DNA from: Acidobacteriota bacterium
GTDB taxonomy: Bacteria > Acidobacteriota > UBA6911 > RPQK01 > JADFOI01
Reading direction: 5' to 3'
Length of the DNA stretch: 64,000 nt
Assembly: GCA_963663035.1 (NCBI GenBank)
Contig: OY760074.1
Span: forward strand, 2,432,001 to 2,496,000
Part shown: positions 1-8,429 of the stretch, piece by piece
How positions within the stretch are numbered: position 1 is the stretch's first letter
Layout of the letters: each line of letters begins with the position of its first letter
Notes under the pieces: model-generated
Database searches by the model: none
What the model saw: only the letters and a program-made list of their open reading frames with translations
What the model was told of the DNA's origin: nothing
Translations under genes and position numbers: made by a program

Positions 1-2
1 GA

Positions 3-350
3 AATCACCAGACGCTTACCCCCGAGATACCCCATATATTGAAGAATGGTCACCACACCGACGATGATCAGAAACCCAGCGGCGATCTTCTGAAGTACGG
101 GCACCCAGCCTATGCGGCCCAGCGACCGGCGGAAGGCAATGGCAGCCGGGCGGGTTTCCGCCTCACTGGCGCGTTGATGTTCAACTTTCCACTCCCCCAG
201 CATTTCTCGGGTTTCCAACATTTCCACATATTCCCGATTGCATTCAGAGCACTGACTGAGGTGCTGAAAGAACTCGAACCCCCGGCGGGGGTTCACTTCT
301 TCCCCGTATAGCACATCAATCATCCCGGCTTGACTCTGCTCACAGTTCAT
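3..350 (-). CDS. Zinc-finger (ZAS-type) anti-sigma factor, runs off the window edge (partial)
   Basis: Not in the ORF track. Hand translation from ATG at 350 gives MNCEQSQAGMIDVLYGEEV...FQHLSQCSECNREY (HxxxCxxC), then a TM helix (KIAAGFLIIVGVVTIL). ATGA overlap with the sigma factor stop. Confidence 0.85.
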   Translation of the reverse strand, partial: MNCEQSQAGMIDVLYGEEVNPRRGFEFFQHLSQCSECNREYVEMLETREMLGEWKVEHQRASEAETRPAAIAFRRSLGRIGWVPVLQKIAAGFLIIVGVVTILQYMGYLGGKRLVI

Positions 351-907
351 CCTCTTGCCTCCATCAGTTTTCTCAAGGTCTTTAATCCCAGATACATCCG
401 AGACTTGACCGTGGACAGGGGTATACCCAGGATCTCTGAGATTTCGTGGAATTTCAGTCCCTGATACTCCTTCATCAAAATAACCGCCTTCTGTTCTTCG
501 GGCAGCTGACTGAAAACCCCCCTCAGAAGCTCGACGTCCTCCTTGGCCGCCAGCTCTGTCTCCGGCGTTGCCGTCGCCGCAACAAGCTCTGGCCGGCCTG
601 GAGAATCCTCCTCATCCTGCAAAGACACCAAGTGCACCCTGCGCTGCCGGCGAAAGCGCATCCGGCACTCATTCAGGGCGATCTTGTAGAGCCAGGAGGA
701 GAATCGCGCTGGATCGGCAAGGCGATCCAGGTTCGTGTAGGCCTTCGTGAACGTGTCCTGCGTGAGGTCTTGAGCATCAGTACTATTCCCCACATAGCGA
801 CAGATAAAACCGTAAATCTTGCGCTGCCATCTCTCGATTAACTCGCCGAAGCAAGCCCGGTCCCCCTGGAGCGCCAACTCCAGGAGATACTCGTCGCTGC
901 GCGTCAT
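347..907 (-). CDS. ECF sigma-70 family RNA polymerase sigma factor
   Basis: Region 2 (AQDLTQDTF..FSSWLYKIALN) and region 4 (EISEILGIPLSTVKSR). Likely start ATG 907 after GGAGAGG RBS (track start 934). Confidence 0.93.
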   Translation of the reverse strand: MTRSDEYLLELALQGDRACFGELIERWQRKIYGFICRYVGNSTDAQDLTQDTFTKAYTNLDRLADPARFSSWLYKIALNECRMRFRRQRRVHLVSLQDEEDSPGRPELVAATATPETELAAKEDVELLRGVFSQLPEEQKAVILMKEYQGLKFHEISEILGIPLSTVKSRMYLGLKTLRKLMEARG

Positions 908-1104
908 TTCCTCTCCCGGATACTCAAGATGCATGGCGAGCCCAAAAAGTCTAAATAAGTCTGGTCTTTACCTATGTAAGCGTAGCACTCTTGGGCGATT
1001 TGGGGGTGATTGAGGGGAGAAATCCACAAGTCTGAGGCGCAGTAGGACTTTTTCTCTTGACCAACCTTTGACTTTGCTCAGGTACCCGCTTCCTTGTTTC
1101 TCAG

Positions 1105-1162
1105 TAACTCCTTGAAACATAGAGCTTTAATGACTTCTCTCCCCTTTGGTTCGCCAATTGCT
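1105..1162 (+). promoter_or_regulatory. Putative sigma54 (-24/-12) promoter with an upstream IHF-like site
   Basis: TTGGTTCGCCAATTGCT has exact GG-N10-GC spacing (GG 1148-49, GC 1160-61). TTTCAAGGAGTTA on the minus strand at 1105-1117 is one mismatch from WATCAANNNNTTR. Confidence 0.55.
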
Positions 1163-1173
1163 ATCACTTCTTT

Positions 1174-1310
1174 TGTGCGAGGCAGTCAAGGGATTGCCCC
1201 CGGGTTCATTTTGGAGGGGTTTCGCAGAAACGGCTCGGGAAACCGGCGAGGCCCCGCCCGGGCATACTGTGGCTACTGGGTACCGATACTGTGGAGGAAA
1301 GGGGATGAAC
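1174..1310 (+). ncRNA. Candidate structured small RNA (GGA-rich), boundaries approximate
   Basis: Intergenic with no credible ORF. Hairpin GGCAGTC-AAGG-GATTGCC; helix GGGGTTTCGC/GCGAGGCCCC; CGG-GAAA-CCG tetraloop. G-U pairs work only on the + strand. Confidence 0.4.
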
Positions 1311-2194
1311 TATTCGGAATCGCGGAAGAATCGAAGCGGATTCAGTGGCTGACCGTTCAGGCGAACTTCATAGTGAAGATGGGGGCCGGTGGCACGTCCT
1401 GTCGAACCCACATAGCCAATGATATCTCCCTTTTTGACCTTTTGACCCGCCTCGACCGAGTAGCGGTCTAAATGACCATAGCGAGTTGAGATGCCGAATT
1501 TGTGTTCCAGGGTCACCAGATTCCCGTAAGAGAATTTTTGCCCTGCGTTGATCACCACTCCGTCGGCCGTTGCGGAGACCTTATTGCCTCGAGGGGCAGA
1601 AATATCGATGCCGGGATGAAAATCGCGTTCTCCACTAAAAGGATCAATCCGGTAGCCAAACCCTCCGGAGGGATAGCCACGCACTGGTACGAGAGCCGGT
1701 GTGGCTGCCAGGAGAATGCTGCGCGTGTTGTACACATCCTGCAGCTGCCTGAACTGGGCCTCCAGGCTGATGCTCTTTCGCTCCAGGGAACTAAAATGGA
1801 TACGGAGACCTTGGGTGTCAAGACTCAGCAGAGGGTTCTCGTAGGCAGAAGGACCGCCCACTCCACCGAGACCTTCCTCATCTAAACCAGAAAGGATCTG
1901 CAGCTTCGTGGAAGTGACCTCCAAGGAGGCAAGCTTTTCACTCAGCTGCCTTGCAGCCAAGCGAAAGGTATCGTTCTCTTTGCTCAGATCATAGGAGGTG
2001 GCCTGTAACTGTTCATGATCCGTGGTTTTCTTCCACATGTGATAGTAGTGCAAGGTGGACAGGGAGAACGAAGAAAGGAGAATCCCCGATGCAATCCCCA
2101 TCATGAGAAGAAACCTTTGAGAGAGTCTGAATCTGCGAGCAGGTAACTCAGCAGAACGAGAAACAATGATCGTTAGATCCCCTCTCTTCCTCAT
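1310..2194 (-). CDS. M23 family metallopeptidase with N-terminal TM and coiled coil
   Basis: HPGIDI (HxxxD), YGHL and TGPHLHYEV (HxH) motifs. Confidence 0.93.
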   Translation of the reverse strand: MRKRGDLTIIVSRSAELPARRFRLSQRFLLMMGIASGILLSSFSLSTLHYYHMWKKTTDHEQLQATSYDLSKENDTFRLAARQLSEKLASLEVTSTKLQILSGLDEEGLGGVGGPSAYENPLLSLDTQGLRIHFSSLERKSISLEAQFRQLQDVYNTRSILLAATPALVPVRGYPSGGFGYRIDPFSGERDFHPGIDISAPRGNKVSATADGVVINAGQKFSYGNLVTLEHKFGISTRYGHLDRYSVEAGQKVKKGDIIGYVGSTGRATGPHLHYEVRLNGQPLNPLRFFRDSE

Positions 2195-2264
2195 TGCATC
2201 ACCTCGCCGAGCAACAGCACAGTATGCACTCCATCCACTATCCCACTAACAAGCAACAAAGTAC

Positions 2265-2294
2265 ATAGTAAAAAGTCGAGTTAGACTGTGTCAA
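2265..2294 (-). promoter_or_regulatory. sigma70-type promoter for the M23 peptidase gene
   Basis: TTGACA-N18-TACTAT on the minus strand, about 70 bp upstream of the ATG. Confidence 0.6.
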
Positions 2295-2496
2295 GCCAAT
2301 GGAGGAACCTCCCCCATAGAAACGACTTCCTGACAGAGTTTCTGCTGCTAAATGTTAGTTCGTCTGAAAAGACTAATTTCTCGACTTGCACGGGCAATAG
2401 TTTAACGCTAACCGAGCCGAGTGAACAGTGACGGCTGTCACCGAAACTACGAAAAGAACCCGTCTCGTCTCAATCCCCCCGAAACTGAAAGAAGTT

Positions 2497-2857
2497 TGGT
2501 GGAGGCGGTGGGAATCGAACCCACGTCCGAAAGCCTTCGGTTGCAGAATCTACATGCTTATCCGCTTTCTTTTTTGTCATCCAATCAGGCAAATAAAAGC
2601 GGCAATAACACCTGCTTGAATGTCCCTCAGATATTTTCTCAACTACCCCCTGAAGGAAACAGGATAGCTGAAAATCCCGCAAAAGCGACGTCTTACCCGT
2701 TCCGCGGGCTGAGCGAGTTTGACGGCTGCGCCTTAATTACGCAGCGAGTGGTAACTGTTCGTTGGCAGTTATTTTTGTTCACCACTGTTTTACGAGGTTG
2801 TGGCACCTCGGCATGCATCTACAGCCTCAACTACTCCCGTCGAAGCCAATCGCCCCC
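2497..2857 (-). ncRNA. ssrA: tmRNA; tag peptide ANEQLPLAA* (2766-2737)
   Basis: 5' GGGGGCG pairs with 3' CGCCTCC-ACCA with a G3.U alanine determinant; T-arm GTGGGTTCGATTCCCAC; resume context AAATAACT-GCC; tag ends LAA-TAA; 361 nt. Confidence 0.97.
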
Positions 2858-2870
2858 GAACTACTTATCC

Positions 2871-2900
2871 AGTATACCTTCTGGAACCACACAGTTGCAA
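2871..2900 (-). promoter_or_regulatory. sigma70-type promoter of ssrA
   Basis: TTGCAA-N18-TATACT, 13 nt upstream of the mature tmRNA 5' end. Confidence 0.65.
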
Positions 2901-2936
2901 TCAATTCATCCTTCCTCTCTATCTCTTACCTGATCG

Positions 2937-3659
2937 TCACTTTACGGCAACACACCTGTAGCAAAGAGTAAATTCCTTCTTCTGATCCAGCCAGTCCAGA
3001 TAATAGCAGGTGATGGGTCCCACGACGCAGCAGACAAACAGGGTCATCAATTCCAAGGGAGAAAGTAAGATTCGACTGATCCCGATTCGATCCCGAAAGA
3101 GTATTTTCGGGATATAGGTCAATCGCTGACCGATGTAATGGAAATATCCTCCCAAGGGCTGCACTGCGATCTTTTGAAACCCGATCGACTCCAGCAGTGA
3201 TTGCAGCGCGTATTGGGTAAATCGAAAATAGTCATAGGGTTGCTGGTGTTCGTGCCATCCTTGAGGAGCAGTCAAATAAAGACAGCCTCCGGGTTTGAGA
3301 ACACGGTAGATTTCCCTTAAGACTTCCTTGGGGTCCGGAACATGTTCCAGGACCTGGATTTGGAGCACTACATCCACACTGTGAGCTGCTAAAGGGATGG
3401 CCGCCAGATCGGCACAGATGTGAAGCCTGGAATAATCCCAGGTAGGGTCTCCCACCTTGGAATCGAGCGCCAGGTATAGATGATCTAAAAAATGTCCGGG
3501 AAAACGGACTTCCCCAGCTCCCGCATCCAGCACCACGGCGTGCTCGAATAGTGGCCTGGCTGACTGGACAAAGGCCTCGATTGAATATTCCAGAGGATTG
3601 ATCCGGCGTTTCAGCGGTTCCGGCAGCCAATTGTATGCCCGAAGATAGAGATCTGGCAC
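2937..3659 (-). CDS. Class I SAM-dependent methyltransferase (type 11)
   Basis: VLDAGAG motif I; VLEHVPDP..EIYRVLKPGG; H.QPYDYFRFT. Confidence 0.88.
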   Translation of the reverse strand: MPDLYLRAYNWLPEPLKRRINPLEYSIEAFVQSARPLFEHAVVLDAGAGEVRFPGHFLDHLYLALDSKVGDPTWDYSRLHICADLAAIPLAAHSVDVVLQIQVLEHVPDPKEVLREIYRVLKPGGCLYLTAPQGWHEHQQPYDYFRFTQYALQSLLESIGFQKIAVQPLGGYFHYIGQRLTYIPKILFRDRIGISRILLSPLELMTLFVCCVVGPITCYYLDWLDQKKEFTLCYRCVAVK

Positions 3660-3665
3660 GGGGAG

Positions 3666-3761
3666 AGAATACAGAATACAGAATCCAGAATCCAGAATTC
3701 AGAAGGTAGGAGGTAGGAGGTAGGAGTCTTCTGTCAGTGGTCAGTGGTCAGCTGTCAGCTG
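3666..3761. repeat. Composite 7-bp tandem repeat array 1
   Basis: AGAATAC/AGAATCC-type units x5, then AGGTAGG x3, then TGTCAGT/GGTCAGT/TGTCAGC-type units x4. Confidence 0.9.
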
Positions 3762-3786
3762 CTTCGCTTCATGCTACTATCTCTCC

Positions 3787-4401
3787 ATGCTGAAGGTTGG
3801 GCTGACGGGCGGCATTGGCTGCGGCAAAAGCCACATCCTCAGAGAATTCCATAAACTTGGGGTTTACACCATTGACGCCGATGAAATTGCCCATCAAGTC
3901 ATTCTTCCCGATCAACCCGCCTACGGGAAGATCCTCGACACATTTGGGCCTGAGATTCTGGCAACAGACAAAACGATCGATCGGAAGAAATTAGGCAAGA
4001 TGGTCTTCTCTGATGAGAAGGCACGGCAAAAGTTGAACCAGATCGTGCATCCCCCGATCCTTCAGGAGGAGGCGCGGCTTGTCGCCGAGTGTGAAGAACA
4101 AGAAACTCCGAGATCTCCCATGATTATGGTTGACGCTGCCCTGATGGTTGAAACGGGATCCTATCGAAAATACGACTTTCTCATCGTGGTGTATTGCCAG
4201 CCTGGGGTTCAGCTCCAGCGCTTGCTGTCCCGCGACAGGTTCTCCCAGGAGGAGACACTGCAGCGAATCGGCAGCCAAATGCCCCTTTTGGAAAAGAGCA
4301 AATATGCCGATTACATCATTGAAAACTCGGGAAGACTGTCTGAGGCCAACGAACAAGTGAAACAGATCTTCACTGAACTGCTCAATCGCTGGGAAGGGTG
4401 A
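3787..4401 (+). CDS. coaE: Dephospho-CoA kinase
   Basis: VGLTGGIGCGKS P-loop, IDAD, LNQIVHP, QMPL, ADYIIEN. Confidence 0.96.
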   Translation: MLKVGLTGGIGCGKSHILREFHKLGVYTIDADEIAHQVILPDQPAYGKILDTFGPEILATDKTIDRKKLGKMVFSDEKARQKLNQIVHPPILQEEARLVAECEEQETPRSPMIMVDAALMVETGSYRKYDFLIVVYCQPGVQLQRLLSRDRFSQEETLQRIGSQMPLLEKSKYADYIIENSGRLSEANEQVKQIFTELLNRWEG

Positions 4402-4404
4402 ACC

Positions 4405-4484
4405 CCTGACACCTGACAACTGACAGCTGACAGAAGACTCCTGTCTCCTGTCTCCTGCCTCCTGACTCCTGACTCCTGCCTTCT
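4405..4484. repeat. Composite 7-bp tandem repeat array 2 (inverted relative to array 1)
   Basis: (CTGACAN)x4-GAAGA-(CTCCTGN)x6-CTTCT. The 16-mer CTGACAGAAGACTCCT at 4427-4442 is the exact reverse complement of 3722-3737. Confidence 0.9.
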
Positions 4485-5424
4485 ATTCGGTATGAATCAA
4501 CATCGCCGCCAGAAGGGGAATCATGATCTCGTGATGACCGGTTAGGGCGATTCCCTTCCCTCCCTCCAGAACGGGCCGTTCCACGACGTTCTTGGTGGGT
4601 CGGTAATGCTGAATGAAGTCAAGATTAGCGGTGGTGAAGTTCTTGAGTGGCTGCCCGGCGTTTCGGACAAGTGACACGGCTTTCAGGAAAACCTCTGGAA
4701 GAATCACGGCAGATCCCAGATTCAAGTAGACTCCCCCCTCGTTGAGAAGCGAGACCTGCTGTGTGAAGATTCGAAAGTCGATTTGTGAGCTCTTACCCAT
4801 GGCTTCTCCAGAAGCCTCTGGATGGTTGTGAATAATATCGGTACCGATAGCGATAAGAACCGCCAGGGGAATGTCCTTCTGATGTGCTTTGAGCAGCAGG
4901 GACAGTTCAGGGTACTTGGTATCGTGCTGCTTCATGAACTCGCCCACTGACTCCCCGATACCCTGCTCCGCCTGGGCTCCTTTGTTGATGGCTTGATTCA
5001 GGAGCTCTCCCGTCTCTCGAGCCATTCCAAAGGCTCCCGAGCCCAGTTGCTCCCCGACCTCCTCTGAGGTAGCACCGCTCAGCGCGATCTCAAAGTCATG
5101 AATCATGCCGCTTCCGTTGGTGGCAAGTGCTGTCACAAAGCCTCGCTCCATCAGGTCAAGCAGCACGGGCGCCAGTCCAACTTTGACAACATGGCCACCA
5201 AACCCCCAGATAATGGCCCGCCCTTCTTCCCGTGCCTTTTGAATCTTTTCCACCAGAGTGCGCAGGTCATTCGCCCCAAGAAGTTTGGGCAGCGAGGCCG
5301 TGAAGGCCGAGAGCGAATCCTCGCTTAAGGGCTGAGCAAAGTGATCGACACTGACCTTGCTGGGACGGGATTCAAGCGGATAATCCCTGATCTTTTCGGC
5401 CTTGAACTCTTTATACTTGGACAT
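4483..5424 (-). CDS. Conserved hypothetical protein, deoxyhypusine synthase-like fold
   Basis: [23 protein letters not shown] and [25 protein letters not shown] resemble DHS-like proteins. Start ATG 5424 overlaps the end of uvrA. Confidence 0.65.
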   Translation of the reverse strand: MSKYKEFKAEKIRDYPLESRPSKVSVDHFAQPLSEDSLSAFTASLPKLLGANDLRTLVEKIQKAREEGRAIIWGFGGHVVKVGLAPVLLDLMERGFVTALATNGSGMIHDFEIALSGATSEEVGEQLGSGAFGMARETGELLNQAINKGAQAEQGIGESVGEFMKQHDTKYPELSLLLKAHQKDIPLAVLIAIGTDIIHNHPEASGEAMGKSSQIDFRIFTQQVSLLNEGGVYLNLGSAVILPEVFLKAVSLVRNAGQPLKNFTTANLDFIQHYRPTKNVVERPVLEGGKGIALTGHHEIMIPLLAAMLIHTE

Positions 5425-8221
5425 GCCTGGCAAGAAGCTCCCCTAAAACTCTTCCTGTCTGCGATTTTCTTGATGTCACTATTTTCTCGGGAGGACCAAC
5501 CGCCACAAGTCGGCCACCGGCTGCTCCGCCCTCCGGACCCAGATCAATGATCCAATCAGCGCATTTGATGACTTCAAGATTGTGTTCGATCACGATCACG
5601 GTGTTACCACGATCGACTAGCTGATTGAGTATGTCAAGAAGCTTTTTTACGTCCTCAAAATGGAGTCCAGTCGTCGGCTCGTCGAGGATATAGAGAGTCT
5701 TGCCGGTTGAGCGCTTGCTCAGCTCACGCGAGAGCTTCACTCGCTGAGCTTCCCCACCGGAGAGCGTGGTGGCCGATTGTCCAAGTTTAACGTAGCCCAG
5801 TCCTACGTCCGAAAGAGTTCGCAGCCTTGCCTGGAGGCGAGGGAGGTTCTCAAAAATCGGATAAGCTTCCTCAATGCTCATCTCGAGAATGTCCGCTATC
5901 GAAAATCCTTTGTACTTGATGGAAAGGGTCTCTCGGTTGTAACGGGCACCCTGGCAAGCTTCACAGGCCACGTAGACATCGGGGAGAAAATTCATCTCAA
6001 TCTTGCGCAGCCCATCTCCACGGCAAACCTCACAGCGCCCTCCTTTGACATTGAAACTGAAGCGCCCGGGTTTGTATCCTCGGACTCGAGAATCCGGCAG
6101 CAGGGTAAAAAGCTCTCGGATCGGTGTAAAAAGACCTGTATAGGTGGCAGGATTGGAGCGCGGGGTCCGACCGATAGGGGATTGATCAATCTCAATGACC
6201 TTGTCGATCATCTCCACTCCAGAGATTGCTCGATGTAGCCCCGGCTCCAGCAGAGAACGATACAGCTGGCGCGAGAGGGCACGATAAAGCACGTCATCCA
6301 CTAACGACGATTTTCCAGACCCGGAAACTCCTGTCACGGCAATCAACATGCCGAGGGGAAAGGTCACATCAATCTCGTGAAGATTGTTGTGACGGACACC
6401 GAAAAGCTGAATGGCCTCCCCATTTCCCTTGCGACGCTGGGCTGGGACAGAGATCTCCCGACTTCCATTCAAATATTGAGCCGTGAGAGACTCCTGCTGC
6501 TGTAAGACTCGCGACAAACTGCCCCGGGCCACAACGTGACCTCCGGCATGACCGCCTCCAGGCCCTAAATCCACCACATAATCGGCGCTTCGAATGGTTT
6601 CCTCATCATGTTCAACGACGATGATCGTATTTCCCAGATCACGGAGCTCCTTGAGTGCGCTCAGGAGTCTTCGAGTGTCCCGCGAGTGGAGTCCGATGGA
6701 AGGCTCATCCAGAACGTACAGGACACCTCTCAGGCGGGATCCAATTTGCGTGGCCAGACGAATACGCTGAGCCTCACCACTGGAGAGAGAGACTGCTTTT
6801 CGTTCCAGAGTCAGATAGGAGAGCCCCAAGTTCAACATAAAACGCAAACGATTGCGGATTTCTTCCAGGATCTGCCCGGCAATGGCTTCTTCCCGAGCGG
6901 AAAGCGCAATCCGCTCCACCGCTTTCAGGCAATGATCCAAGGTGAGTTGACAGTAGTCGGAGATTCCAAGACTGCCAACTTTCACAGCCCGACTTTCGGG
7001 GCGCAGACGAGTCCCACTGCAGACATTGCAGGAACCTTCCTTCACAAAAGTCAATAACTGCTGGCGTCGCTTATCACTACCCGCAGCCTGAACTCTCCGC
7101 CTCAGCCAGTGATCCAATCCTTTAAAGCGGGACCTGTAGAGGTGGCCCGCATAACGGAATTGAATGGGCTTCTCAATTCCCTCTTGAAGGGCCTGAAGGA
7201 CTTCTTCGGGGTATTTGCAATAGGGAGTGGTGAGTTTAACCTCAAATTTCTCCAGCAAAATTCTGAGCGACTCCCGGAAAAAGTGATAAAACTCCTTGTC
7301 CGACAAAGCGAGCTTCAAGTCCTTCAAAGGTTTTTTCGGGTTTTCGATCAGCCTTTCCAGGTTAACGTGAAGCTGGGAACCAAGCCCGTCGCAGCGGGGG
7401 CAGGCGCCAAATCGGCTGTTAAAAGAGAAGCTTCGAGGTTCCAGTGTGGGAACGTTAATCCCACATTCGATGCAGGCCATGGTTTCTGAAAAGAGCATCT
7501 CCGGGCCATTGATCACGGAAACGGTGACCAGTCCCTGGCCCATGCGGACGGCCTGGCGCACGGAGTTCTCCATTCTATGGCGCACTTCTTCTTCAATGAG
7601 GAGCCGGTCCACCACAATGTCGATACTGTGATTTTTCCTTCTATCCAGGGCTGGAGGGTCCTCCAGAGTGATCAGGGAATCGTCAACACGCGCCCGCACA
7701 AATCCTTCCCGGTGATACTTATCGAATAGTTTCTTGAACTCCCCCTTACGCTCCCGGACGACGGGAGCCATGATGAGCAATCGACTGCTCTTGGGTAATG
7801 CGAAGATTTGCTCCACGATCTGATCGACCGATTGCCTCGTGATAGGCCTGCCACAATTGGGACAGTGTGGGGTTCCGACGCTGGAGAACAGCAGACGCAG
7901 ATAGTCGTATATTTCCGTGATGGTGCCGACGGTGGAGCGAGCACTCTTGATGGTTGTCTTCTGATCAATGGAAATGGCCGGAGAAAGTCCTTCGATGGAA
8001 TCGACATCCGGCTTTTCCATCTGGTCCAAAAACTGGCGTGCGTAGGTAGAGAGCGACTCGATGTATCGTCTCTGACCTTCTGCGTAGAGGGTGTCAAAAG
8101 CCAGGCTTGATTTTCCGGAACCACTCAAGCCGGTGATGACCGTCAACTGGTTGCGTGGAATCTCTAGATCGATGTTCTTGAGATTATGCGCGCGGGCACC
8201 CCGAATAGAGATATTCTTCAT
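5411..8221 (-). CDS. uvrA: Excinuclease ABC subunit A
   Basis: [10 protein letters not shown], two Walker A motifs ([18 protein letters not shown]), zinc-finger CxxC pairs, [16 protein letters not shown]. Confidence 0.98.
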   Translation of the reverse strand: MKNISIRGARAHNLKNIDLEIPRNQLTVITGLSGSGKSSLAFDTLYAEGQRRYIESLSTYARQFLDQMEKPDVDSIEGLSPAISIDQKTTIKSARSTVGTITEIYDYLRLLFSSVGTPHCPNCGRPITRQSVDQIVEQIFALPKSSRLLIMAPVVRERKGEFKKLFDKYHREGFVRARVDDSLITLEDPPALDRRKNHSIDIVVDRLLIEEEVRHRMENSVRQAVRMGQGLVTVSVINGPEMLFSETMACIECGINVPTLEPRSFSFNSRFGACPRCDGLGSQLHVNLERLIENPKKPLKDLKLALSDKEFYHFFRESLRILLEKFEVKLTTPYCKYPEEVLQALQEGIEKPIQFRYAGHLYRSRFKGLDHWLRRRVQAAGSDKRRQQLLTFVKEGSCNVCSGTRLRPESRAVKVGSLGISDYCQLTLDHCLKAVERIALSAREEAIAGQILEEIRNRLRFMLNLGLSYLTLERKAVSLSSGEAQRIRLATQIGSRLRGVLYVLDEPSIGLHSRDTRRLLSALKELRDLGNTIIVVEHDEETIRSADYVVDLGPGGGHAGGHVVARGSLSRVLQQQESLTAQYLNGSREISVPAQRRKGNGEAIQLFGVRHNNLHEIDVTFPLGMLIAVTGVSGSGKSSLVDDVLYRALSRQLYRSLLEPGLHRAISGVEMIDKVIEIDQSPIGRTPRSNPATYTGLFTPIRELFTLLPDSRVRGYKPGRFSFNVKGGRCEVCRGDGLRKIEMNFLPDVYVACEACQGARYNRETLSIKYKGFSIADILEMSIEEAYPIFENLPRLQARLRTLSDVGLGYVKLGQSATTLSGGEAQRVKLSRELSKRSTGKTLYILDEPTTGLHFEDVKKLLDILNQLVDRGNTVIVIEHNLEVIKCADWIIDLGPEGGAAGGRLVAVGPPEKIVTSRKSQTGRVLGELLARHVQV

Positions 8222-8274
8222 GGGTCAAACCTTCTATTGTCGGGGAGTTGAGAATCAAGGTCAAGACGAGGGAT

Positions 8275-8413
8275 GGGCCCGCAGGCTAAAGCCTGCGGCT
8301 CTGATCGGAGCCAGCGAGGATCAGTCAGAGCCGTGGGCTTTAGCCCACGGGCCAGAGGGGCCGGAGGAAGCTCTGCCCGGGCCCGCAGGCTAAAGCCTGC
8401 GGCTCTGATCGGA
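8275..8413. repeat. REP/BIME-like cluster of three palindromic units in alternating orientation
   Basis: GGGCCCGCAGGCTAAAGCCTGCGGCTCTGATCGGAG at 8275 and again at about 8379; inverted variant TCAGAGCCGTGGGCTTTAGCCCACGGGCC between them. Confidence 0.85.
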
Positions 8414-8429
8414 GGTGGCACCCGAGACT

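Noticed and set aside
2195-2520. Genomic island integrated at the tmRNA 3' end
   Set aside because: No integrase in the window and I saw no duplicate of the ssrA 3' end; the downstream gene is an ordinary M23 peptidase.
2497-2535. Stand-alone tRNA
   Set aside because: Only the acceptor/T arm is present, and it pairs with 2851-2857 as the tmRNA tRNA-like domain.
2421-2971. Track ORFs overlapping 2421-2971
   Set aside because: Shadows of the tmRNA gene with no protein motifs.
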